In this document: in pieces, positions 1-10,900 of the stretch
How positions within the stretch are numbered: position 1 is the first letter of the stretch
Layout of the letters: each line of letters starts with the position of its first letter
DNA from: a virus
IMG/VR virus record: IMGVR_UViG_3300037313_001572
Direction: 5' to 3' (one strand)
Length of the DNA: 64,000 nt
Program-made: the position numbers and the translations under genes
The notes under the pieces: generated by a model
The model's input: only the letters and a program-made list of their open reading frames with translations
Databases searched by the model: none
Told to the model about the DNA's origin: nothing

Positions 1-1872
1 GCCGGCGCCACTGCTGGTGTCCGGGTGTGTCTGGTCGCTATCCGTACGGCCAAGCAGCCAGCGATACCGCGTGTCGGAGGAAACGTGCGTCGAGTCTACC
101 TGAAACTGCAGACGAGCCTCAAAGAAAATCGACCAATCCATCGCGTCGGCAGGGAAAAGCGAGCCATAACCATTCAGCGTCCGCTGCCACTGCACCAAGC
201 CGTAGTTTCCGCTGCTCATGCCGCTGTAGATATTCATCGCCGAATACCCGATCGGGTTTCCGGTGTTGACACCTCCGCCCCCGCTCGTTCCGCTGCTATA
301 GAACGAGCCGGGCGTAAATGGAATTCGCTGCCAGGTGGGCGACCGCTCTCCAATGTAATCCTCGACGGCAGTGAAATGGAACGGCACGGTTTCCGGGATG
401 TTGAAGTCCCGAAGACCGAGCACGCTGTTCATTGTCAAATCCACCTTCCCGGGCGAGATGGCGGTATGGTGCCATCCCTCGATGGAGATGTCCTGAACCG
501 AGGCCAAGGCAACATCGGTTGCGATTCGTCCGAGATAGGTCTGTCCGGCCACTGTGGGGCCGGCGCAACTTTGCTGGCCTTGGATGATCACCCCTTGGGT
601 GTTGCGAACGCTGATGTTTTGCAGCCTTCCAGTGCCGCCTGTGCCATAGAACCGAAGCATATTCGATCCGGCCAGAGAGGTGATGTTTTCGGCGGTGATG
701 TTTTTGATGAACCCATCGCCGCCAGTGCCTCTGCGTGGATCGGCATTTAAAATACCCTCGTCGGTGTTGAACGCCAAAATATCGTCATCGCCGTTGTTCT
801 CGTAATCGACGATGTGACCAGTATCGAGTGGGCACCACATGTGGATGCCGTCGCGGTTGTTGTTGGTCAGCTTGGTAAAGGTGAACGTAAGGCCACTCGC
901 CGTGGCTGTGGCGGAGTTGCTAATCGTGGCCTGCGTGCTGCTAGTAATCGCGGAAATGGTGGTATTGGCCGGGATGCCAGGACCATTGACGGTGTAGCCG
1001 ACCTGCACCACTGCGGCACCAGTCCCGTATCCGGGATCGGCGGCGTAAGTGATGGTCGTATTGGACGAGGTGGCGCCGGTGCCGAGCGTTTGAATTCCGG
1101 GGTTATCAGTCCATTTGCTCTTGCATCGTTCGATCACGAAATCCGATCCGTTGCTCAAAACGATGCTGAACACGCGCGAATCGATCACCGAAACCCCGCT
1201 CAAAAGAAGGTTCTTGAATCCGGAGAACCACACGCCATGCACGAGACCGACAGCACGGTCATACGGGCTGGCAAACTGGAATAGCAGAGAGTTGGTGCCG
1301 CTCGCCGTGGCGTTATTGGTCAGTGTTACGGTAGTTCCCGAGACGCTCAGAACATAGGTATCGGTCGGGATGCCCGTGCCGGTAACCTTCATTCCAATAG
1401 CAACTATGGCGTTGGAAGAGGAAAGCGTGATAGTGGAACTGGTGTTCGTGGTCGTCGCAGTCTGGTTTGTGAAACTCAGGTCGACATTGTTTTCCCATCT
1501 GGATTGGTTATTCCCGTTGCAATTGACGGTAAGTCCGTAAATCGAAATATCCGTGTCAACGATGGAGGAGCCATTGAGCCGGTTGCTAAGAGCGATGCAA
1601 TTGCTGTTTGCGGCTAGGAAAAAGCCGCAGTTCGCAAGGGCAAAGACGGTCGTGAAGCTGCGCGCCACCAGCGTTTTCGAGATCAATCCGACCTTGTCGA
1701 CGTACATCCAAAGAGGGGAAACCGCCGTTGGAGAGTCGAGAATTGCCTGTACCTTATCCGTGCAGTCAGTTCCGCCTCCGGTATCGATGTTAGAGTCCAG
1801 CGTGACCTCTTGACTCAGGAAAACTACCCGGGCCGGAAATCCTTTCGGGAATGGAGAAACGGATAGTCCCAT
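1..1872 (-). CDS. Tailspike / polysaccharide depolymerase (pectin-lyase/GH28-like beta-helix), 3'-truncated by window edge
   Basis: Hand-translated from ATG at 1872 (just after the stop of 1874..2359); open to base 1 (624 codons), absent from the ORF track. Contains DCTDKVQAILD, NRDGIHMW..GDDDILAFNTD and two copies of a VG(M/Y)xVxGxGIPxxTx(V/I) beta-rich insert. Confidence 0.75.
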   Translation of the reverse strand, partial: MGLSVSPFPKGFPARVVFLSQEVTLDSNIDTGGGTDCTDKVQAILDSPTAVSPLWMYVDKVGLISKTLVARSFTTVFALANCGFFLAANSNCIALSNRLNGSSIVDTDISIYGLTVNCNGNNQSRWENNVDLSFTNQTATTTNTSSTITLSSSNAIVAIGMKVTGTGIPTDTYVLSVSGTTVTLTNNATASGTNSLLFQFASPYDRAVGLVHGVWFSGFKNLLLSGVSVIDSRVFSIVLSNGSDFVIERCKSKWTDNPGIQTLGTGATSSNTTITYAADPGYGTGAAVVQVGYTVNGPGIPANTTISAITSSTQATISNSATATASGLTFTFTKLTNNNRDGIHMWCPLDTGHIVDYENNGDDDILAFNTDEGILNADPRRGTGGDGFIKNITAENITSLAGSNMLRFYGTGGTGRLQNISVRNTQGVIIQGQQSCAGPTVAGQTYLGRIATDVALASVQDISIEGWHHTAISPGKVDLTMNSVLGLRDFNIPETVPFHFTAVEDYIGERSPTWQRIPFTPGSFYSSGTSGGGGVNTGNPIGYSAMNIYSGMSSGNYGLVQWQRTLNGYGSLFPADAMDWSIFFEARLQFQVDSTHVSSDTRYRWLLGRTDSDQTHPDTSSGAG

Positions 1873-1873
1873 A

Positions 1874-2359
1874 TCAAATCACCTGCGCGAAGTAGATGGA
1901 ATCGGCGCCTCCGATGGCCTTCGTGAAGTTGTTATTTGGACCGTTGCAAATGACGATGCCGGCGCTGGCGACGATAGGGTCTGGCAAATCCAATGCCAGG
2001 AAAGTTCCGGCCGCTACCGGGATCGGAGGGTAAAGAAGTTGAACGGCTCCATCCACTGGCAGTGTGGCTGAATTTATCAGCAGATAGTATTGCGTCGCGC
2101 CACTGGTGTTGTTGATTGCCAGGCTTTTCAGGCTTCCGGGAGAACCCTTTAGAACCTTACCGGCTTCAAGGGCTGTGCTCATTACCTGCGTGGGCGCTAC
2201 TCCCTCGGAAATCACCAATGAACCATCGGCACCCGTAGCCAGCGGATTCCCTGAGTTATCGACGAGGATGACGTACTTTACGTTGTTGTCGATGCGCCGA
2301 CTCCCGGCGCTGGTCTGCAAAATGACTGGCCTATTTGCGGCCGGGGCGTTGTCGGACAT
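1874..2359 (-). CDS. Putative virion structural protein (161 aa)
   Basis: Tightly packed in the late operon; small/hydrophobic beta-rich composition. Confidence 0.6.
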   Translation of the reverse strand: MSDNAPAANRPVILQTSAGSRRIDNNVKYVILVDNSGNPLATGADGSLVISEGVAPTQVMSTALEAGKVLKGSPGSLKSLAINNTSGATQYYLLINSATLPVDGAVQLLYPPIPVAAGTFLALDLPDPIVASAGIVICNGPNNNFTKAIGGADSIYFAQVI

Positions 2360-2390
2360 GCCACCCGAATTTAAGAAAACGGGCTTTCTG

Positions 2391-2732
2391 TCAACGCTGA
2401 TCTGCCGCGTCTTGCTCCTCGGCGGCGACCGCGTCTAGCTCCTTCTTCGTCGCGCTCCGCGTATCCAGTGCCCAACAGAGTATTTTCTCAATCTCGATGC
2501 GCAGCTGCACCGACATGTCTCGCTCGGCGCTGCTCTTTTGTGGATCCAAGGCGTCGCTGGTTACCTGGTTGAGCCGTTTTTCGACGACGGTTTCCAGGAA
2601 AAAAAGGAACGATTCGTTTCCCAGCAGGGAACTGGCGTGGCCGAACAGGACGCGCTGGGCGGCAATCGCTTCAGCCCGCTCCTTGCTGTTTTCGACGCGT
2701 CTATTTACCGGGAGGCTTGGGAGGTTGTTCAT
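2391..2732 (-). CDS. Hypothetical helical protein downstream of portal (113 aa)
   Basis: Overlaps the portal 3' end; helical, charged sequence. Confidence 0.6.
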   Translation of the reverse strand: MNNLPSLPVNRRVENSKERAEAIAAQRVLFGHASSLLGNESFLFFLETVVEKRLNQVTSDALDPQKSSAERDMSVQLRIEIEKILCWALDTRSATKKELDAVAAEEQDAADQR

Positions 2733-4989
2733 GCTGAGGAGCAGCCTGTTTTACGGCCAACTTTTCGGCAAGGTCATTCTGCTGCTTGCCCTGTATCTCG
2801 TCGTCACTGGCCGGCTTGATGCCCTCCTGCTGCAAAATCTGCACCTGTTCGCTCCGGGCGAGGTCGGTGTATTTCGTGGCGATGTTTTTGGATGGTGGCT
2901 TGTTCTCGCCCTGCTTCGCCGCCTCGGCCTGCTGCTGCAGAAATTGCTGCGCCTGCTCCTGGGTGACTTCGGGCAACAAATGGTCTACGTCATCCACCTC
3001 GAGCCCCTTCAGCTGCTTGACGTAGAAGGGCCGACCGATGAACTGCTCGTAGGGGTTCAGCTTCATGTAACGCATCCAGACCGCTTCCGCCTGCTGGTTG
3101 TTCTGCTGCTGCTGCGTGGAGCGGCTCTTGGTCAGCAACAGCCGCACCTTGCGCCGCAGGGTCCGGACTTCGTCGCGGTTGAGCGAGACCAGCTTGTTGC
3201 TCTTCATGCTGAAGAAGAGCTCGAGCCTATCCATGTTGGTAAGCAGATGCTCCACGGCATTCTTGAGCACCTCTTCGATGCCCATGATGTTGTCATACTC
3301 GGTATCGGAGGTGACGACATTTGCGTCGCGATCGATCGACATTACTCCGGTAGCCGTCTTGCTCTGGTTGAGGTCGCTGGCGCTGGCATCGCGCGAGGAG
3401 ATGACGCCAAACTCCAAATCGCTCGCCTGCTGCATCCTGTCCATGAGCGAGAAATCAAGGGTCGTGTTGGCGTTCAGGTCGACCGAGAAAGCCGGCGGAT
3501 TCTTCGAGTCGTATCCGGGCAGGCAATCCAGGAACTCGCGCGAGCCCGGCCGGACTGGCGCCTGGTCCTTCCACTGCTTGACCGCGTGCGGGACACGGAA
3601 ATTGAATCGGCTCGCCTGGCTGTCCTTCTCGTTGGCGCGGTTCAGCTGCGTGTCTATGTAGAGCTGGCTGTGCTCCATCTTCGTGAAGACGCCAACTCCG
3701 TACCAGCGGTTTGGAACCTTCTCCAGACCGGGAATCACGGAAAACGGCCGCGCATCCATGTGGTTACCAAGGAAGTCGTAGAAGATCGTGTCTTTCTGGT
3801 CCATGTCGATCATCACCCACAACTCCACTTGCTGGCCGTTGGAAACTCCGGTCGTCAAAAGACCGTAGTCGATTCGCAGGTAGACATCGGCAATCATCAC
3901 GTCTCCCAGAACGCGGCTGGGGACGGTGTCTTTTTCCCCCATCGGCTGCTTTGCGGCGTCCTTCCCAGTCATCTGCCCGCGGGCGCCGCGGCGATTGAAA
4001 TACTCGATAGATGGAGCAAGGCCGGAAAATGTTCCGCGCAGGTTGTCCGGATTCTCGTGGAAGAAGTGCACGTTGATATCCGCCTGGTGGATGGACTCGT
4101 GTTTCAGAGGGCAGAGGAAATCCCGATGATCCAGCACCGTCGAATAGGCGTTGTCATAGTGGACGATCTTTTGCGTGAGATTCGGGAAGTTTTTATACGC
4201 GAACTGGTTTTTCGTCATCTGGAAGGACGGGTCTTTGACCAGATACATCACCCCTTGCGCCTCGGGCAGCGGAGCGAAGTCGTCCATTTCGTAAATGTAG
4301 AGCCGCTTGATCGGCGTCTGGATCGGCATGCCATTGGGCGCCACCATCACCTTCACGGGCCCAAGATACATTGTCTCGTTTTTCAGATAGGTCGTCTTGA
4401 CGATCGCCTCGTTTCGAATCAACCCGATGCGCAGCGCGTCGCGCAACACGTTCGGCACGTTGCTGGCCGTGATCCTCTCCTGCACGTATTCCTCCACTTG
4501 TTGGGTCAGTTCCGGGTCTCCGAATTCCTGCGTCATGGCACCGAAGAAAGGGCGGGTGCTCAGAAGATCGGAGCGGGTGCGCGCGGAAATCAGTCGGGCG
4601 TACCGGCGGTTTGTCCCAAGAGTGAAGTTGTTGCCCGTGCCGAAGACGCCCCCCAACGATTTTCGCCACTCGAGATTATTGTCGTAGGTGTCTTGGTTCC
4701 TCTGGCGGATGTCTAGCCAGGTGCCAGTCTGCACGCTCCCGTCTGAGTTGAGACCAATCTCGAACATCACTTCCGCCATTCGCCCGAAAATGTATTCGTT
4801 TACCAGCCATTGCCGGCGGTCCTCGGTGATATTCAGGCTGCTGGGGATCCCACCTACGGAGAGCGTGCTGTACTCTCCGTCTCCCTGCGGGTAGGCCGCC
4901 TTTGACTGCATTTCTGGAGTGATGGGGCCGGCCAGAGGTTGCGGTTTTCCTCCGATGCTGGAATTGAGAAGGGTGCGCAGGGGTGTCAT
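2701..4989 (-). CDS. Portal protein (P22-like, 762 aa)
   Basis: Size, late-operon position, WYGVGVF..ME.SQ..ID.QLN segment, SKTATGV motif and Q-rich C-terminal barrel resemble podovirus portals. Confidence 0.7.
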   Translation of the reverse strand: MTPLRTLLNSSIGGKPQPLAGPITPEMQSKAAYPQGDGEYSTLSVGGIPSSLNITEDRRQWLVNEYIFGRMAEVMFEIGLNSDGSVQTGTWLDIRQRNQDTYDNNLEWRKSLGGVFGTGNNFTLGTNRRYARLISARTRSDLLSTRPFFGAMTQEFGDPELTQQVEEYVQERITASNVPNVLRDALRIGLIRNEAIVKTTYLKNETMYLGPVKVMVAPNGMPIQTPIKRLYIYEMDDFAPLPEAQGVMYLVKDPSFQMTKNQFAYKNFPNLTQKIVHYDNAYSTVLDHRDFLCPLKHESIHQADINVHFFHENPDNLRGTFSGLAPSIEYFNRRGARGQMTGKDAAKQPMGEKDTVPSRVLGDVMIADVYLRIDYGLLTTGVSNGQQVELWVMIDMDQKDTIFYDFLGNHMDARPFSVIPGLEKVPNRWYGVGVFTKMEHSQLYIDTQLNRANEKDSQASRFNFRVPHAVKQWKDQAPVRPGSREFLDCLPGYDSKNPPAFSVDLNANTTLDFSLMDRMQQASDLEFGVISSRDASASDLNQSKTATGVMSIDRDANVVTSDTEYDNIMGIEEVLKNAVEHLLTNMDRLELFFSMKSNKLVSLNRDEVRTLRRKVRLLLTKSRSTQQQQNNQQAEAVWMRYMKLNPYEQFIGRPFYVKQLKGLEVDDVDHLLPEVTQEQAQQFLQQQAEAAKQGENKPPSKNIATKYTDLARSEQVQILQQEGIKPASDDEIQGKQQNDLAEKLAVKQAAPQHEQPPKPPGK

Positions 4990-4992
4990 GGG

Positions 4993-7900
4993 TCAGGAAT
5001 GGAATCCGGTGAAAATGTGCTTTGGCTTGCTGGGGGCCTCGGTAACGGATGCCGCGGCGGAGATGCGTTGCAGCATGGCCATCATAACGGCCTGCTTCGC
5101 TGTTGCGCGGTTGTAGACGGTCCGCTGGTGCTGGGACAGACCTTTTACAAAATCCTGCTCGGTTTCTCGGCCGCCGCTGAACGGGCGAAGGAGTGATTTG
5201 CGGAAACCCTGCATCACCTGATCTCGTCCCTCTTGCTTGGCTAGTTCGTCGAATGCCTGGCGCGCCTTGGATTCGTTGCCATCCTCGAGAGCGTATTTAA
5301 GCTTCTGGTATTTCGAGGGAGGAAAGACTTCATCCGGGTTGGCTTTGCCGTGGGCGACTTGATAATCGCGGCCGGCGACGCGCGTTTCCGTGATGTCGCT
5401 ATGGCGTTTGATGCTGAGACCGGTCGCGCCGGCCAGTTCCTCGCCAGGGTTGATGTCGGTGCGCTTGTCGATGATGCCGCGGATGGCGATGGGCACCGGG
5501 GCTTTCAGCATGTCTCCAAGCTGCTCTCCGAAACTGCGCTTCTGCCCGCGCCAGTCGCGGCCGGTCAATCCCTCGATGATGCCGCGGCTGATAATTGGCG
5601 ATATGCGGCCGTAGATGAAACGGCGGGTGTCGGCAAAAAGATCAATCATGTCGCCGGGCACGCTGCGCAGTTTGTATTCGCGCCCCTTGTAGGTAACGCT
5701 AAACGGGTGCCTCCAGTCGTAATCGCCGGTCAGCGCCTTCTCCGCCAACTTGGCGGTGAGGAACATGGTGGCGGCCAGGATGAGCAACGCGCGCCGCTGC
5801 TCGGATCCGTATTTTGTCGTCGCGTCCGCAGCAAACTTGAGGCGCGACTCCAGGAAGTCCGGTGCCAGTAATCCGAGGCGGAGGATGTCTTGGAAGGTCT
5901 GCGACCGGCCCATCATGCGGTAATTCTGCTCGCCGAATGCGTCGTTGGACTGCTGGGCAGTCTTGAACAGGATTTGCTGGCGGGTGATCTTGCCGGCCTT
6001 GATGTCGTCTTCGAAGCGGGCCAGGTTTCGTTTCAAGGCCTCGATCGCCATGGTCATTTTCAAACGCGGGATGTAGTCCTCGAAAAGGAAGGCATTCAAT
6101 TCCTGGTTCATCTTGCCAATGACGGGAAGCTTGTCGATGAGTCCGCCGCCGGCAACGCCCTCCATGAAATCCCTGCGGGCCTCGTGGCTGGCGATCATCA
6201 GACCGGAGTTTATGAGTTCCCGCTGCGTCTGGTCGTTGATGTCGATCTGCACCGGATGAAAAGGATTTATCGTGTGGCCGAGGGCGTGCGTGCCTTCCTG
6301 AACGAAATGGAAAGCGGACATACTGAGGAGGGTCTGCTTCACCGCGAATTGCAGGTTGCGCAGCTGCCGGATGATCGGCGTATTTTGAATGGCCGATTTC
6401 CCAAGTGTCCGCTTCAGGTCGCCGGCAATTTCCGGGTGAATGAGGATATCCCCCTTCACGAAAGTATTGGTTCCTGTGACCGGATCCACGTGCACCCATT
6501 TCCATCCGCGCAGCGCAGGGTTTTCAATGCGGACGTAGTCGGCGGTCTCGTCGCTCTTGCCTCGAGGCGTGACAAGAAGAGCGTCTCCGCCCGAATCCGA
6601 GACCGGCTTGGCGTATCCGCTGATCGTCGCTGCCGGGCGCCCATCGGTGGCGTTGATTTCATGCAGCAGCAGCTTTATGAAAGCGCGGTTCTGCATCACG
6701 CGATTGAAGCTCTCCGCCCAGAGGGCCATCAGCTTGCCAATCTTCTTCGTGAATGGCTTCAGGCCTTTCTGTTCCCCGGCGAAATAGCTCTCGTGGATCC
6801 GCTCGAAAGCGTTTTCAAATCGAGTATTCAAGCGACCTGGTCCTACCACATCGCCAAGGTTTCGGTTGCGCGCGTTCTGCGCCGCGTAGCTGGGATCGTT
6901 TCGGCGGTCCCACATCTGATTGACGTAATCGGTGAGCAGGTCGTCAAGGATTCCGGCTTCCTGGGCTTGCTTGGCCTTGGCCGCATAGAAAGACTTAACC
7001 TCATCGACGAATTTCAAAGGCTCGCCCGAAAGCTTGGCGGCTGCCTCGTACCCAGGAGCCAGTGACGGGCTGCTGGCGCCCGCGCGCTGCTGCAGGGTGC
7101 TCTTGTCGCCACCGGCTTGGATGAAATTGGTAATCGCCTCCTGCTCGGCCGGCGAAAACTTCGAGTTGATGGCGCGCTCCATCTGGCGCACTTCGTAATC
7201 GCTCTTTTGCCGGCCCGTGCTGCGCGGGTCGTCCAGCGCGCCGGTTCCCAGCCATTCACCCTTTGCCTTAAGGTAGTCGGTTACCGGTGCCAGCTGTGTG
7301 AAGAAGGATTTCGCGCTTCCGTAGACGGCCTTTGCGCCAGCGATGACGTCGGACAATTTCTTTTTCGCCTCTTCCTTCTGCCTTCCGATGTCTTCGGCGA
7401 TCGAGGATGCGGAAACACCAGCAGGCTTATTGGTCGAGGCCTTGGCCGCCGCGGCGGCCTTTGCTTCAGGCGTCTCTGCGGGGATGGGCGTGACGTTGTC
7501 CACGTGCGCAGGGATGACGCCCCCCTCATCAAGGGAAACGGTCATCTTCTTGCCCTTGATGCTCGTGATGGTGCCCGGCTTTTTGTAGACATTCACCCGG
7601 TCTCCAACTTTGATCTTCGAAGGATCCGCCGCGGCCAGTTCGGTGCCGGAATTAGGCCGGTATCCCAACGTTGCGCCGAGTCTGTCCATGATACCGACAA
7701 CCTCACCAAGATTGGAAATTTCCCCAACCATCCATTGGCCCTTCTGCTCAAACCCGTTCTTCATCGCGCGATTCACCGCCGGATCCTGCCAGAACTTCCC
7801 ACCGGCCTGCTTGCTGGATGGAACTTCCAGCAGATACTTTCCGCCCTTCAGTGCGATACGCACCTTCCCATCGCTGCTGCTGATTTCTTGCCCATTCCTC

Positions 7901-10900
7901 AAAACGTCCAGCGCGTGACCGACGTCACGGATGTTCTCGCGCTCGACTGCGTTGGGGTCGTAATCGCCTGGCATCAGAATGCCGGTTGCAACAGAGCCAT
8001 CGCTCTTCGTGTAGAGAGTGACCGCTCCACGCCACTGCAATTTGGCGTATGCCGCGATTAGGTTGCCCGTGATGATGACACGTTGCGCCTTGTCCTCTCG
8101 AGACGCGTTATATTGAACGTCGAACTGGTCTGGATCCATGTCGACCAGGCGTTCAGCCATCTGGCTGGCAGGGATCTTCATTTCCCGGCGAAGGGTGTTG
8201 TTGGCAACGGTGAATATCACCTTGCTGGGAGTGACCGGTGCATCCGGGTCAATCTCTACGTTGGTGATGGCGCCAACTTTCTTGCCGTTGGAGGTGTTGA
8301 TGATGACCGGGTTGCCGAGGCGCCCCAATTGCGCCCAGACTTCTGCATATTGGTTGCGCAACCGCTCGCGCTCTCGCTGTTCCTGGGTCGCCCAATCCGA
8401 GATGCTCTTTTCCTTTCGCTTCTCGAGATATTTTTCCACCCATTCGGAGGATTGCTTTTTGTAGTCGGCGATGATCTTGGGCCGGCGAATGGCAATGTCG
8501 TGGGCCTGCTTCATCACCTCGGCGGGCTCCAGCGGAGTCTGTTTCGGCTTCACCTTCACCATTTCCATGTGACTCGGCGCGTCGAAAGAAGATTTCCCAT
8601 TCGGGTCTCCGGGAGTGAATACCTTGCTGCTTACCGTCTCGGCGCCAAGATCGGCCGCCGCGGCGCGCAACTTGTTCTCGCCAATCTGGTCGAGATATTT
8701 GATTTGCGCGGTGTAGCGGTTGAGCACGTCATCCCAGAACATTTCCTGTTCTTCTACGGGCAAAAGCCCGGCATAGCTGGCCACGTTTCGCGCCAGCTTC
8801 CCGTCTTCCTCCATGTCGTCCAGAATATCTTTGATCGGCGCCAGCTTCCCGTCTTTGTCGACGATCTTGGGATATTGCAGGTCTTTCAGGAACTTGGGAT
8901 TGTCCGCCAGATATTTGTAAACGACCGCGTCCCCGTACTCGTTGAAAACATCCACCACATTCGTTCCGTGGGAAACCTCGGAGTCCGTGTTGCTGGTCGT
9001 ATTGGCGTTCAGGCTCGCCATCTTCTTTCCCAGGATGGCGGCCGGCCGCTTCTCCGCCGGCAGAGCCGTTTGAAGCAGCTGGTATCGAGGCAATTCAACC
9101 TGACCGGAGCGAAAGATGCGTCCGAGGGTCTGCGTGAACTCGTTGATGTCCAGATGCGGCTGCGCAATGACCATCATGCGCGGACTGTGATTCTTGAACG
9201 TCTTGTCTGAGTGCGCGCTGATCCCCGTCGATCCGCTCTGGTTGATGACCAATAGGTGCGTGTCGCCGTTGTTGAAGTCTTTCAGCGCGGCCAGTTGCCC
9301 CCTCTTCGTGCTGTCCTCCGGTTCGCGCTCGTAGACCGCGCCGTATTTATCGATACCGGTAGTTCGACCGGTGATTTCGGCCGTCTTGATTCCCTCGTCC
9401 TGCACCCGCTGCCGGATATGGTCGATGGGCGAGAGCGGCATGCCGCCAAGATTCAATTGCTTGAGCTCTGCCTCGGCGTCGAGGAAAGCGTCGTTGGCGA
9501 TGCGGCGGAAGACTTCCGCAGCCACCTCGGGAACGACCACGCCAATTTGTTTCGGTCCTTCATCGGTGCTGATCGTCTCCACCTTAATCAGCTGTGCGAC
9601 GAGGTTGTCGTCACTGTCGTTTTTAAAGCGCGGATCGGGCTTTCTACCAATGTGGGTGTATTCAGCGGTACCGGCGGATTCGCTGCCCCTCGTCTTCACG
9701 CGGCGCAACCCGTTCAATGTTCGCACTAGCAGGCTTCCAAACTCCAGAGTAAGACCTTCCTGGTGCAATCCCTTGATGGGTTGCTCCATGGTATTCTGAA
9801 CGGCCACGATGACCTTGTGCGACTTTACCGTTCCGTCCTTTGTCTGGTGGCCAACCTTAATCGCCTGGATGGCTTGCTGGGCTGCTGCCTCTGCCTTGAT
9901 GGCGAAGAGATATTGAGAAACGAAGTTGTGAATCTGGCTGGCGAAATCGGCCGCCTCCATCTTGATGGTGGAGATATCCATTTTTTTGCCGGCCCTCACC
10001 ATAATGGCGTTCATGGATTTCACCGCGTCCTTTACGCGGTTGCTCATATCCAAGATCGTCCGAAGGCCTCGAGTGTATTCGTTGGCCAACTTTCGATCGC
10101 GCTCCTCGGTGTCGGTATTGATGCGAGTCTCAAACGGAACGCCGTCGTAACTGCGTTCCCGCCGAATGTACTGCCCGTCTTGGGCGAGCATCTGGCTCGC
10201 CACCTGTTGCATTACCACGCCGCCTCGCTTGAAAACTTCCATTAGGTTTTTCGCGCTTCCGGCCGCCTTGCTCAGATTGGTCTTGAAGTAGAGCGGCATG
10301 GAGTCGGGCCGCTTGGCAAAGGTTGCGCTGCTGTAGTAGGCTCGAGCATTGGGATTCTCGAGCATCTTCAGCAGTCGGCCGCCCTGGATGCTTTCGCCGG
10401 CAGCGAGATGCGATTCGTCCAGCAGGAAAAGAACGCGATTGCGAGCCACCAGCGCATTCAGCGCGGCCGTTCGCTTTCCAGGAAGCGGAAGGCGGCCGGC
10501 GCGCATGGCAGCCCGGCGCTCTTCGGCGGTCTCTCCCTTGGCGAAATCCTTGCCCAGCTGGTGGTAGGAAGTGAAAACCGCATCATGCCCATGCGGCATC
10601 TGTCCGTCCTTGGCGATAAGCTCCATGGTCGGATTCATGTCGCGCGTTTTGATTTCCGCATCGGTGATCGGATGCAGGATGTTCAAATTATTGTTCGTGA
10701 ACAGCGGATTGACCGTCCGGCCGATGTTGTGGAAGTCGCCCAGCATGGCCGAGAAAAGAGCCTCGTCCTTGGTGACGAAGATCGGAAGAAACCCATTGCG
10801 TTTGGCGTATTCGATCAATCCGGCCACCACGCGCCCCTTGCCAACACCAGCCATGTCTCCCAGCACCAGCGCGCCCGCGGTCTCGATGTTGTGAATTGCG

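Noticed and set aside
5699-6505. 268-aa same-strand alternative-frame ORF in the giant gene (also 12489-12860, 7281-7532, 13209-13421)
   Set aside because: R/P-rich shadow composition while the host frame is clearly the coding one
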